Source of the DNA: Salinispira sp.
GTDB lineage: Bacteria > Spirochaetota > Spirochaetia > DSM-27196 > Salinispiraceae
DNA length: 64,000 nucleotides
Assembly (NCBI GenBank): GCA_965602015.1
Contig: OZ271918.1
Coordinates: 2,624,001 to 2,688,000 of the forward strand
Reading direction: 5' to 3'
Part shown: one piece after another, positions 27,914 to 37,220 of the stretch
Layout: each line of letters begins with the position of its first letter
Position numbering within the stretch: the first letter of the stretch is position 1
The notes under the pieces: generated by a model
The model's database searches: none
What the model saw: only the letters and a program-made list of their open reading frames with translations
What the model was told of the DNA's origin: nothing
Made by a program: the position numbers and the translations under genes

Positions 27914-29073
27914 AGTTCAAGCCCCTTCGCAGCGGAATCGATATCTTTCAGACCGCTGCCGGTAATCAAGATGACTACCCGTTCACTTTTACCTAGTTCT
28001 TCCCTCATGGACAGGTATCCCGCCCAGGCCGCCGCCGCCGACGGCTCGGCAAATGCTCCGGCGAGAGAAGCCAGCTCCCGCTGGGCCGAGAGAATTTCCC
28101 CGTCGCTGACGGTGAGCATTCGGCCCCGGTGCTTGCGAAGTTTGGCAAGGGCAAGGCAGCCCGCCTGGGGGAGCTCCACGGAAATCGAATCCGCCAGGGT
28201 GGTACAGGCCCGGCGCTGGGTAAAATCTCCGTCCTGCCACGCCCTGGTGATAGCCGACGAGCCCTCGGCCTGGACGCCGACTATCCGGGGCACCCGGTCG
28301 GAAAGACCGAGGACCATCAGGTCTTCAAAACCTTTGTACAGCCCTGAAAGTATCACCCCGTCCCCCACGGGTAAGAAAACCGTGTCTGGAATGCCGATTT
28401 GGGCGGCGAGTTCGAAACTGACGGTTTTTTTCCCTTCTGTGGTAAGGGGATTGTAGCCAGTGTTCCTGGAGAGAGCTCCGCTGCTTTGGATATACTCGAG
28501 GGACCGGGCAAACGCATCGTCATATGTCCCCTCAACCAGCTGGAGGCGGGCGCCGTATTGGGCTGCCTGGACGATTTTTCCCTTCGGGGCCGAGGCCGGG
28601 AGAAAGAGGGTAACTTCAAGACCTGCGGCCGCGCCGATGCAGGCCATGGATGACCCGGCGTTGCCCGTTGATGCCAGGGCAATTTCACCGATACCGTGAT
28701 ACGCCGCCTGGGCGGCTACCAGATAGCTGGCCCGGTCTTTCAGCGAACCGGAAGGCATGGACGCCTCGTACTTTATCCACAAATCAGCCTGGGAGTAGCG
28801 GCTGCGAAGCCGCTTCGCCGGCCAGACCGGAGTATCCGGCAGGGGAATATCCGGAAAAAAACCCGAGGGCACCGGCAGACAGCCGTTGGCACGCCAGTCG
28901 GATCCGGCGGGTAAGGTATCTGCGGGCTCTGGAATCATTTCCACTTCCAGAATGCCCTTCGGGGGCCGGCCTGCTTCCAGGCCTGCGTCGGGGGAACAAT
29001 GCCCGCAGAGCATCACCAGGGAGTCGACGGGCCAGCTGGCCCCGCAATTGTTGCAGCGCAGGCGAAAATTCAT
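27910..29073 (-). CDS. Threonine synthase-like PLP enzyme
   Basis: N-terminal CxxC...CxxC, PSGSLKDRA, ASTGNAG, EGKKT, PVGDG, EPSAA, ITGSGLK. Confidence 0.85.
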   Translation of the reverse strand: MNFRLRCNNCGASWPVDSLVMLCGHCSPDAGLEAGRPPKGILEVEMIPEPADTLPAGSDWRANGCLPVPSGFFPDIPLPDTPVWPAKRLRSRYSQADLWIKYEASMPSGSLKDRASYLVAAQAAYHGIGEIALASTGNAGSSMACIGAAAGLEVTLFLPASAPKGKIVQAAQYGARLQLVEGTYDDAFARSLEYIQSSGALSRNTGYNPLTTEGKKTVSFELAAQIGIPDTVFLPVGDGVILSGLYKGFEDLMVLGLSDRVPRIVGVQAEGSSAITRAWQDGDFTQRRACTTLADSISVELPQAGCLALAKLRKHRGRMLTVSDGEILSAQRELASLAGAFAEPSAAAAWAGYLSMREELGKSERVVILITGSGLKDIDSAAKGLEL

Positions 29074-29076
29074 TTG

Positions 29077-30306
29077 TCAGCCGACCTCCAATGCCAAAGG
29101 CAGGGCGGCGTAGAACGCAGAGCAAATTTCCAGGTCAGCCACTCGGTTGATTTCATTAGGCGCGTGGGCCTGATTCTCGTCTCCGGGTCCGAAACCCACA
29201 GCCGGTATTCCGTGGCGTCCGGTGGTGGCTACCAGATTCGTCGAGAAGGTCCACTTGTCCACAACCGGTTCGTCGTCAAAGAGGCTGCGGTAAGCGGAAA
29301 CCGCAGAGCGGACAATCTGATGATCCTCGTCGATTTTCCAGGTGGGAAAGTACAACTCCTGGCCGTAGTCCGCGTCCTTCCAGCCCCGTTTTTCGTACCT
29401 CGGCATGCGCACGTCGATATCCGCCGGGTCGTCGTCGGTGGCATCGGCCACCCGACTTCGCACCTGTGAGATCGCGGATTCGGCCGTCTCGCCCCAGGTG
29501 AGGCGGCGGTCGAGGTAGAGCATGGCGGTATCGGGCACAGCGCACTGGCTGGGACCGGCGACCTTCATCTGGGAAACCACGATGCTGCCCTTTCCGAGGA
29601 AATTCTCATCATCGGGCTGGAGTTCTTCATTCAGTTTTTCCAGAGCCAGGGCCGCTCGGGAGGCCTTGTATGCCGCGCTCACTCCCCGTTCGGGAGCCGA
29701 ACCGTGGGCCGAAAGCCCCTTTAGCCGCAGCTCCATCTCCATCCGCCCACGGTGACCGCGGTAGATCCGGCAACTGGTCGGTTCGGTGGAGACCACAAAG
29801 TCGGGCTTCAGCCCCTCTTCCTCAATGAGGTACTTCCAGCACATGCCGTCGCAATCTTCTTCCATGACCGTAAAGGTGAAATAGACCGCAAAGGGCCCGC
29901 GGTAACCCGACTCGCTTAGCATCCGGGCTGCGGTAATCATGGCTGCCGCGCCTCCCTTCTGATCGCTGGTTCCCCGGCCGTGCACCAACCCGTCCGCCAC
30001 ATGCCCGGAGAAGGGATCAAAGTCCCACTGGCTAACATCGCCGGTTTCCACCGTGTCGATATGCGCGTCAAAGGCGATGCTTTTATCCCCGTCCCCGACT
30101 TTTAAAATCAGGCTGCCCAATCCGTCTATCCGGTAGTCGTTCAGCTTGTTTTCATCCAGGATGGCTGCGATTTCCCGGATCACCGCCTCTTCCTGTCCGG
30201 AGTAACTCTTCACCTTCACGATGCGGCTGAGAACGTCTGCGCTGAAATCCCGGTAGGCCGCGGCCTGCTTTTTGAACTCCCCTATTCGCATCTCATGTTG
30301 TTCCAT
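29077..30306 (-). CDS. ygeY: YgeY-family M20 metallohydrolase
   Basis: DAHIDTV, GRGTSDQKGG, VMEEDCDG, GHRGRME, KWTFSTN, GFGPG.E..AHAPNE. Confidence 0.9.
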   Translation of the reverse strand: MEQHEMRIGEFKKQAAAYRDFSADVLSRIVKVKSYSGQEEAVIREIAAILDENKLNDYRIDGLGSLILKVGDGDKSIAFDAHIDTVETGDVSQWDFDPFSGHVADGLVHGRGTSDQKGGAAAMITAARMLSESGYRGPFAVYFTFTVMEEDCDGMCWKYLIEEEGLKPDFVVSTEPTSCRIYRGHRGRMEMELRLKGLSAHGSAPERGVSAAYKASRAALALEKLNEELQPDDENFLGKGSIVVSQMKVAGPSQCAVPDTAMLYLDRRLTWGETAESAISQVRSRVADATDDDPADIDVRMPRYEKRGWKDADYGQELYFPTWKIDEDHQIVRSAVSAYRSLFDDEPVVDKWTFSTNLVATTGRHGIPAVGFGPGDENQAHAPNEINRVADLEICSAFYAALPLALEVG

Positions 30307-30340
30307 TCCTCAGTTCTCCTTGTGTAGTTCAATGGGCTTC

Positions 30341-31822
30341 TTACGGCCTGATGCCGTTGATTTTTTTCCAGACTTCCCCGGCGCGTTCTGCGGCCTCTGC
30401 GTAGACCGCCTTCTCATCAAAGGGGAAATGCCGCCCCTCCATGACCAGGACGCCGTTGATAATGACACTGTCCACGCTGGAGGATCCCATTCCAAAAGCC
30501 AGGTGACCGGCAAAATTTCCCGCATCAAGAGGCGCCGGACTGGCGTAATCCAGTATGGCGATGTCCGCCGCATATCCCGGAGCGATGCGACCGAATTTCC
30601 CGCCGAAAATCCTCTCGAGAATCTCGTTTCCCCCGCCGAGCATGGAGATCATGTCTCCGGGAAACCACGGACCCCCGGCGTCCCGGTGCTTAAACGCGGC
30701 GAATTTGAATTCCTCGAACATATCTGCCCCGATGCCGTCGGTCCCGAGTCCGAGATTGCGGAATTTCGGCAGTTTGGCGTTGTAACCCACGGAGTTATTC
30801 ATGTTGGATCGGGGATTATGAGCCAGGAAGGTATCGCTGTCGTTAATCAAATCGATTTCATGATCTTCAAGAAACAGTCCGTGAACCAGAATGCTTTTTG
30901 GACCCAGCAGCCCGAAATCCCCCAGGCGGGGGATAAGATCTTTGCGGTGAACCGCGTGGGAATGGGCCGGGTCATAGCGGTCTTCGGCCACATGGCAGTG
31001 AAATCCGCTGCCGCTGGCCTGGCAGAGATCGCCCAAACGGCGCAGGGCCTCATCCGGCAGGGTGAACGGCGCGTGACCTCCGATGTGGCTGCGGACCGCC
31101 GGTCCCCGCCGTCCCGCTGCGGCAAATGAGGCGGTTTTTTCAGCGAATCGGGCGTTTTCCTCAATGCCCAGTTCCATTCCCTCAACGCCGTTCCGGTCGC
31201 TGACCTCGTAGCAGCTGGCCCCTCTCAAGCCGGTGGTAATAAAGCCGTCGGCGATGGCGTCCAGGCTTCCCATGATAAAATTCGGCGACGAATGATGGTC
31301 GATCACCGCGGTGGTGCCCGCGCGGATGGCGTCCATCGAGCAAATCAGGGATGAAAGCCTGATATCCTCTTCATCGAGGGCCCGATCCATGCGCCACCAC
31401 AGCTGAGCGAGAATGGACGGGAAGTCGGGGGTCGCACCGATATCCGCCACGATTCCCCGGGCAAGCCCCGAGTAGTAATGGTGATGGCTGCAGACCATGC
31501 CGGGAATCACCAGTTTCCCGGCGGCGTCGATTATTCTGACCTCCGGGTTTGAAGCCCCTTTCGCGGAGGATGGGTTCGCGCCAGGGCCCAGCGCGGTGAC
31601 CGCTGCCCGGCCCGGCGGTGAACCCGCCGCTGTTTCAGCCGCATCGCCGGCTGATGAACCCGGCGCCGTACCCGATGGATTGCCCTGCTGACCGGCGTCC
31701 AGGGGGACCTCGCCCGCCGGGGCCACCGATTCGATTTCACCGCCGTTGATAATTATGTCGTAATGCTCAAGGGCTTCGCCGTGAAAGGGGTTGAGTATCC
31801 GCGCATTGTGAATTCTGATCAT
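30341..31822 (-). CDS. ssnA: Amidohydrolase SsnA
   Basis: CSHHHYYSGLARG, LWWRMDRALD, DHHSSP, HAPFT, HNPRSNMNN.VG, LGTDGIGADM. Confidence 0.93.
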   Translation of the reverse strand: MIRIHNARILNPFHGEALEHYDIIINGGEIESVAPAGEVPLDAGQQGNPSGTAPGSSAGDAAETAAGSPPGRAAVTALGPGANPSSAKGASNPEVRIIDAAGKLVIPGMVCSHHHYYSGLARGIVADIGATPDFPSILAQLWWRMDRALDEEDIRLSSLICSMDAIRAGTTAVIDHHSSPNFIMGSLDAIADGFITTGLRGASCYEVSDRNGVEGMELGIEENARFAEKTASFAAAGRRGPAVRSHIGGHAPFTLPDEALRRLGDLCQASGSGFHCHVAEDRYDPAHSHAVHRKDLIPRLGDFGLLGPKSILVHGLFLEDHEIDLINDSDTFLAHNPRSNMNNSVGYNAKLPKFRNLGLGTDGIGADMFEEFKFAAFKHRDAGGPWFPGDMISMLGGGNEILERIFGGKFGRIAPGYAADIAILDYASPAPLDAGNFAGHLAFGMGSSSVDSVIINGVLVMEGRHFPFDEKAVYAEAAERAGEVWKKINGIRP

Positions 31823-34800
31823 GGCAATACCTCCCCGCTGGCTTTGCCGTAGGAAAACAGTTCGGGTCTGGTCGCCCTGAGCCGGGTAAAAATCATGTCA
31901 AACTGACGGCGCTCAGTGCTGATTCCGCTCCCCGCTGCATATGATTCGCTCACCTCGGGGCTTTCCGGCGGACGGCGGCGGGAAACACCCCCAAAACGCT
32001 CGAGGATACCATCCCGGTCGACGTACCAGCCGGGGTTTGAGCTGGCCTCAAAGGCTTCCGGTGAAGAAAAAATCGTGGGTTTGTCCAGGTATGGGTTGCC
32101 GTCCCATGGACAGAACTGTCCGCAGTTGCCGCATTCGTTGCACAGTCCGTCTAAATGGACGATCTGCTGCTCATTGGCAAAGCCATTTCCCGGCACAGTG
32201 ACGGCAATGTTCGCCCGATTGGGACAGACGTCCACGCATTTATTGCACACCACGTTGCACTCCAGGCAGCGTTCAAGTTCCAGGGCTGCGAAGGCTTCGG
32301 CGTCATATGGCTTTCGGGGGTCCGGCTTGGGAATCGACCGGCCCCGTTTGGCAGCAATCTGGGCGCTCTGGGCCCCGGTGGGCACAAGAGCTGCGCTTCG
32401 GCCCATGCGCAGAGGGAAGGATGTCAGCGCAGCGGCGGCCCGGCGGCCCTCGGCTATGCAGTTGACAATTGAACTGCCTCCGGTCCGGCTGTCCCCGATT
32501 AGATACAGTCCGTCGCTGGCGGTGCTGCCGTCTTCTCCCGCAGCTACCCGCCCTTTTTCATCGAGGAGTCCCAGGTTTTCCAGCACCTCGTATTCCGGAT
32601 CGTCCCCGACCGCCGAGACGCAGAAGTCCGCCTCTATAATGCTTGTTTTGCCGGTTGGCAGGGGACGCCGGCGGCCCGAGGAATCGGGCATTCCCAGTTC
32701 CATTTCTTCAATTACCAGGGTGCCCGATTCCTGGGAGAACTTTGGCGAGTGAAGCCAGAAAAACTCCACCCCGTCCTCCATGGCCAGCTCGTACTCTTCC
32801 CTGCTTGCGGGCATCTGGTCGCGGCTGCGCCGGTAGAGCACCGTCGAGCTTGTAACACCGGGAATCCTCAGCGCCGACCGGGCGCAGTCCATCGCCGTAT
32901 CCCCTGCCCCGATAATCACCGCCCGTCCCTCGGCATGTTCCATGACTTCCCCGCGGTTGAATCGGCCGAGGAAATCGTATGCGCCGAAAACCGGCATGCC
33001 GCTTCCCAGATCCATATCCCGATCCTGCCAGGTACCCAGGGCCAGGATTACATTGGCAAAGCCCCGGGCCTTAATGGCATCGATATCGATATCATCGCTC
33101 CAGTTAAAATGAAAAATAACGCCGAGGTCCCGTATGCGATCGATGTCCCGGGTAATCGCATCCCGGGATATGCGGAATTTGGGAACGATGTAGCTGATAA
33201 CCCCGCCGGCTCCCGGGGCCCGGTCGAAGACCTCAACGGGAAATCCCTCTCGGGCGAGAAAATAGGCCGCCGACAGGCCCGCGGGTCCGGCGCCGATTAC
33301 CGCGGTGCGCGGCCCGTTGGCCCCTGCACTGCTGCGCCCGGGCACCGGGGTAGCGCCGGATTTCTCATCTATTATGTGCTTCACCTCACGGATATTGAGG
33401 CAACCCTCATAATCCAGCCGTGTGCAGTGCAGCTGACATGCGTGGTCGCAAATTGCCCCGGTGATTCCCGGCAGGGCGTTGTCTTCAAGAATGACCGACA
33501 TGGCTTCGTCCCATCTGCCCTCCCCGGCAAGCCGGAGGTATTCGGGCACCTGCTGCGCGATGGGGCAGGCGCTGACGCAGGGGGCCACATAGCAGTCGCT
33601 CAGAGGCAGGGGGCCCGGGTTATGCACCTTATCGTCACTGCGGAAATCCTTCCGGTACTCCCGGGCCGAACGGGCTTCATCGGCTAAGGTTCTGATTGCC
33701 TCGGGATTCGGTCTGTCCATGCTCCATGCCTCGGGTTTTGTCTGTTCATCGAGGACGGCCAGGAGCTCCAGCTGCCGAAAATACCCCCCGGGCTTTAGCA
33801 GGTCGGTGGCAAGGGTCACCGGCCTGATGCCCGCGGCAAAGACCTGGGCCACATTCCATGCGGCAATACCGCCGGAGTAACTGATGGGCAGCCCGCCCTC
33901 GAAGGCTTCGGCTATGCGCGCCGCCAATTCGATTGTTACGGGATACAGGGCCCGTCCGGAGAGGTAGCGCTCCTCCCCCGGCAGGGCTTTGCCGTCGTTG
34001 TGATTCGCCAGAGTATTGCTGAGCTTGACGCCGAAGCGCCGGTTCTCCTGTTTGGCCAGGTCCATGAGGCGGCGGAGCATCGGGAGGGCCTGCTGCCAGC
34101 TCAGATCTTTTGCAAAGCCCTCGGGATCAAGCTCAACATAGTTGTAGCCCGTATCATCGAGGATCTGCCGCACATCGTCGTGACCAAGGAGGGTAGGATT
34201 AAGTTTGACGTAGCAATCGAGGCCGACGGCACTGAGCATATGGGACGCGATTGCCTCGATTTCCGCCGGCGGACAGCCGTGCATGGTGGACAGGGTCACC
34301 GAACTGCAAATTTCCCCGGAAATCCCATCCAGCGCAGCCTCCGCTGCTGGCAATGCCTCCTCCAGCCCGGCGGTCTGCAGCAGTCCGGGAAGAATGTCCC
34401 GAGCTTCGTCGATCCAGCGCTGAAAAAGGGGCTCGGCTGAAGAATCGATCATTCTTTGTATGTACTGCTGCATTTTTTCGGTCTTTATTCCCTTCAGGTC
34501 ATAGCCCACCGAAAGATTGAAGGTGAAGGAACGGGGCAAATCGCTGCCTTTGAGGCCAAAAATCGCCTCGATGAGATGAAGAAGCAGCCAACCCTTGGCG
34601 TACTCCTGCCAGGCAGTCTCCAGCGACAGCTCGGTGGACCATTCGGTGTTGTATCCCTCGTCGGCTACATCGATGCAGGGCTTTGCAATTTCCAGCGATT
34701 CGAGAATCTGGGTGGTCTTGAGTTCGATAAACCGGCTTCCGGTCAGATATGAAGCCACAATGTTTACCGCGAGCTGGGTATGAGGTCCGGCCGCCGGGCC

Positions 34801-34965
34801 AAGGGGATTCTCCAACTCCCGGCCGAAAACCTCTATCGTACGGCCCGCAGGCCCGCGGTACCAGGCTGAGCGGGGAATTGAACAAATCCCTCCTTCCGCG
34901 GCGTATTCGGAGAAAATCCGCCGCAGTACATCGGCAAAGGGGTAAATCGCCATCAGATCAGTCAT
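31819..34965 (-). CDS. ygfK: Flavin/Fe-S oxidoreductase YgfK (often annotated putative selenate reductase subunit)
   Basis: GPAAGPHTQL, EGYNTEWSTEL, STMHGCPP.EIE, KLNPTLLG, GAGPAG, C-terminal ferredoxin Cys motifs; ATG 34965 with AGGAGG. Confidence 0.93.
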   Translation of the reverse strand: MTDLMAIYPFADVLRRIFSEYAAEGGICSIPRSAWYRGPAGRTIEVFGRELENPLGPAAGPHTQLAVNIVASYLTGSRFIELKTTQILESLEIAKPCIDVADEGYNTEWSTELSLETAWQEYAKGWLLLHLIEAIFGLKGSDLPRSFTFNLSVGYDLKGIKTEKMQQYIQRMIDSSAEPLFQRWIDEARDILPGLLQTAGLEEALPAAEAALDGISGEICSSVTLSTMHGCPPAEIEAIASHMLSAVGLDCYVKLNPTLLGHDDVRQILDDTGYNYVELDPEGFAKDLSWQQALPMLRRLMDLAKQENRRFGVKLSNTLANHNDGKALPGEERYLSGRALYPVTIELAARIAEAFEGGLPISYSGGIAAWNVAQVFAAGIRPVTLATDLLKPGGYFRQLELLAVLDEQTKPEAWSMDRPNPEAIRTLADEARSAREYRKDFRSDDKVHNPGPLPLSDCYVAPCVSACPIAQQVPEYLRLAGEGRWDEAMSVILEDNALPGITGAICDHACQLHCTRLDYEGCLNIREVKHIIDEKSGATPVPGRSSAGANGPRTAVIGAGPAGLSAAYFLAREGFPVEVFDRAPGAGGVISYIVPKFRISRDAITRDIDRIRDLGVIFHFNWSDDIDIDAIKARGFANVILALGTWQDRDMDLGSGMPVFGAYDFLGRFNRGEVMEHAEGRAVIIGAGDTAMDCARSALRIPGVTSSTVLYRRSRDQMPASREEYELAMEDGVEFFWLHSPKFSQESGTLVIEEMELGMPDSSGRRRPLPTGKTSIIEADFCVSAVGDDPEYEVLENLGLLDEKGRVAAGEDGSTASDGLYLIGDSRTGGSSIVNCIAEGRRAAAALTSFPLRMGRSAALVPTGAQSAQIAAKRGRSIPKPDPRKPYDAEAFAALELERCLECNVVCNKCVDVCPNRANIAVTVPGNGFANEQQIVHLDGLCNECGNCGQFCPWDGNPYLDKPTIFSSPEAFEASSNPGWYVDRDGILERFGGVSRRRPPESPEVSESYAAGSGISTERRQFDMIFTRLRATRPELFSYGKASGEVLP

Positions 34966-35312
34966 GGTAACCTCCTGCGGACAGCATAAAGCTTCGATTC
35001 GCGCCGGCTTCGCTGTGCCCCGGCTTCGGTTTTGCGCTGTAAAGGAAGGGATGTATTGCTGATGCTGATGCAGAAATAAGGACGAGGTGTTTGAGATACA
35101 TGTTGTGTATGCGCTGCGCTTCTGGCATTCCCAATGAGCAAACCTGACCCCCTGAGGGCGCAAAATAGGAGCCAGGAGTTCTGAATAGCGGAACTCGCTG
35201 AGTCCTGCTATTCTTTTTGGGTTTAGCCTGAAAAAAAGAATATGAAAAATCAGACCGGCCTGACGGCCTCCCGATGTATGCTCGCATCTGTAGGGTAAGA
35301 CGGTACGTCAAA

Positions 35313-35341
35313 ATGTTAAATCCTGCTTAACTGCCTGTCAA
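35313..35341 (-). promoter_or_regulatory. Sigma70-type promoter of the purine catabolism operon
   Basis: Minus strand TTGACA(35341-35336)-17 bp-TAACAT(35318-35313). Confidence 0.65.
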
Positions 35342-35445
35342 GCGCAAAACATTCCATTGGGCGAAATAAGCCCCTCCGGCCTCCACGGGGAAGCCCGCTT
35401 GCACCGGATATTTCCAGGGACTAATATGAAAGTGAGGGGGATCGC

Positions 35446-37206
35446 ATGATCACATCCCGGAACCAGGCAAACTTCTCAGCGTTTATCGACGCTGCGGCCG
35501 GACGACGACGGAGCGACCTGCTTTTAAAAAACTGCCGCATCGTCAATGTATTTACCTCCGTCATCACCGACGGATCAATTCTCATCCACGATGGTAAAAT
35601 TGCCGCCTGCGGACCCCAGGCCGATGATCCGGCATACTCGGCCCGCAAAGAAATTGACCTGGACGGCGCCTACGTCCTCCCGGGACTCATCGACAGCCAT
35701 GTGCATATCGAATCATCGATGCTCATCCCCTCCCAGTTCGCCCGGGCGGTAATGCCCCGGGGAACCACATCGGTTATCGCCGATCCCCATGAAATCGCCA
35801 ATGTGGCCGGAGAAGAGGGCATGCGATACATGATCGCCGACGCCCAGCGCACACCGCTGAACTGCTTTTTTATGGTACCCAGCTGCGTCCCCGCCACACC
35901 ATTCGAGCACGCCGGCGCAGTGCTCGACGCCGGCGCGGTTTCCCTTCTCCTGGAAATTCCCGGAACCCTGGGCCTCGGGGAAGTAATGGATTATCCGGCG
36001 GTCACCGGGGGCGACAGCGAGGTCCTGGCAAAAATCAGCGCAGCGGTAAACCGGAACATGCCCATTGACGGTCACGGGCCCATGATCAGCGGCAGGGATT
36101 TAATGGCCTACCTGGCCGCAGGAATCCAGACTGACCACGAGTGCAGCACCCCCGAGGAAGCCTCGGCTCGCCTGGCTGCAGGCATGAGAATCCTCATCAG
36201 GGAGGGAAGCGCCGCTCAAAATCTCGAGGCCCTGCTGCCGGCGGTTAACTCGGGAAATGCCCGGCGATGCAGCTTTTGCACCGACGACCGCAGTAGCGAG
36301 GACATCCTCAAAGAAGGGCACATGGATCACATTCTCAGACGGGCGGTTTCCCGGGGAATGGATGCCATCCGCGCCGTGCAGATGGCGACCCTGAACGCCG
36401 CAGAAGCCTACGGCCTGAGGGGAAAGGGGGGCATAGCCCCGGGCTGGGACGCCGACCTGACGGTGGTGGAGGACCTAAAGGACTTCAAGGTTCTGCAGAC
36501 CTGGGCCGCCGGAAAGCTGGCCGCCCAGGACGGTGAAGCCCGGTTCAGGAATAGCGGACCCTCGGTGAGCTATGACCGCCCGAGTATGAATACCGCCCCG
36601 CTTTCCATTGAGAGCTTCGCCCTTCCGATACAATCCGAACATGCCACGGTGATTCACATTCATCCCGGAAGCCTCATAACCGAAAAAGCGCTTCGCCGCA
36701 TTCACCGAGATAACAACGGAAATTTTCTGACCGAAGAACTGCTGGATATCTGCAAGCTTGCGGTAATCGAGCGGCACCACGCCACGGGCAACAAAGGCAT
36801 CGGCCTGGTGGAGGGTTACGGCATCAAGGCCGGAGCGGTGGCCATCACCATCGCCCATGACTCCCACAATCTGCTGGTGATCGGCCGGAATGACAGGGAC
36901 ATGCTGGCGGCGGCCCGGGCCCTGGTGGAATGCGGAGGAGGTATTGCCCTGGTAAAAGATAACAGCCTGCTGGGAAGTCTGCCCCTTCCGGTTGGAGGCC
37001 TCATGAGCGATAAAACTGCCGATGAGGTTAGCCGGAAGCTCGCTGCCCTGACAGAGCTGGCGAGACGGGAACTGGGTGTCAGTGAACAGATCGATCCGTT
37101 TATGACCCTCTCATTTCTCGCGCTACCGGTTATTCCCTCCATCAAGCTCACGGACCAGGGGCTGTTTGATGTCGATCGCTTCGAGCATATACCCATCGAG
37201 GGGTGA
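35446..37206 (+). CDS. ade: Adenine deaminase
   Basis: DSHVHIESS, ADPHEIANV, DGHGP, TDHEC, REGSAA, CTDDR, IAHDSHN, LALPVIP. Confidence 0.95.
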   Translation: MITSRNQANFSAFIDAAAGRRRSDLLLKNCRIVNVFTSVITDGSILIHDGKIAACGPQADDPAYSARKEIDLDGAYVLPGLIDSHVHIESSMLIPSQFARAVMPRGTTSVIADPHEIANVAGEEGMRYMIADAQRTPLNCFFMVPSCVPATPFEHAGAVLDAGAVSLLLEIPGTLGLGEVMDYPAVTGGDSEVLAKISAAVNRNMPIDGHGPMISGRDLMAYLAAGIQTDHECSTPEEASARLAAGMRILIREGSAAQNLEALLPAVNSGNARRCSFCTDDRSSEDILKEGHMDHILRRAVSRGMDAIRAVQMATLNAAEAYGLRGKGGIAPGWDADLTVVEDLKDFKVLQTWAAGKLAAQDGEARFRNSGPSVSYDRPSMNTAPLSIESFALPIQSEHATVIHIHPGSLITEKALRRIHRDNNGNFLTEELLDICKLAVIERHHATGNKGIGLVEGYGIKAGAVAITIAHDSHNLLVIGRNDRDMLAAARALVECGGGIALVKDNSLLGSLPLPVGGLMSDKTADEVSRKLAALTELARRELGVSEQIDPFMTLSFLALPVIPSIKLTDQGLFDVDRFEHIPIEG

Positions 37207-37220
37207 ACCCTCGACATTTA

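Noticed and set aside
16052..34965. Selenocysteine (UGA) read-through in the selenium-linked purine genes
   Set aside because: All ORFs appear full length; none needs an in-frame UGA to be completed
34966..35311. ORF-track extension of ygfK to 35163 and a 117-aa ORF at 34958-35311
   Set aside because: A strong AGGAGG precedes ATG 34965; the upstream frames lack an RBS and recognisable content, so a UTR is more likely
35160..35312. Canonical guanine/adenine riboswitch
   Set aside because: I could not find the conserved UAUAA...AUAUGG...GUUUCUACC...CCGUAAA elements; kept only as an unassigned structured leader
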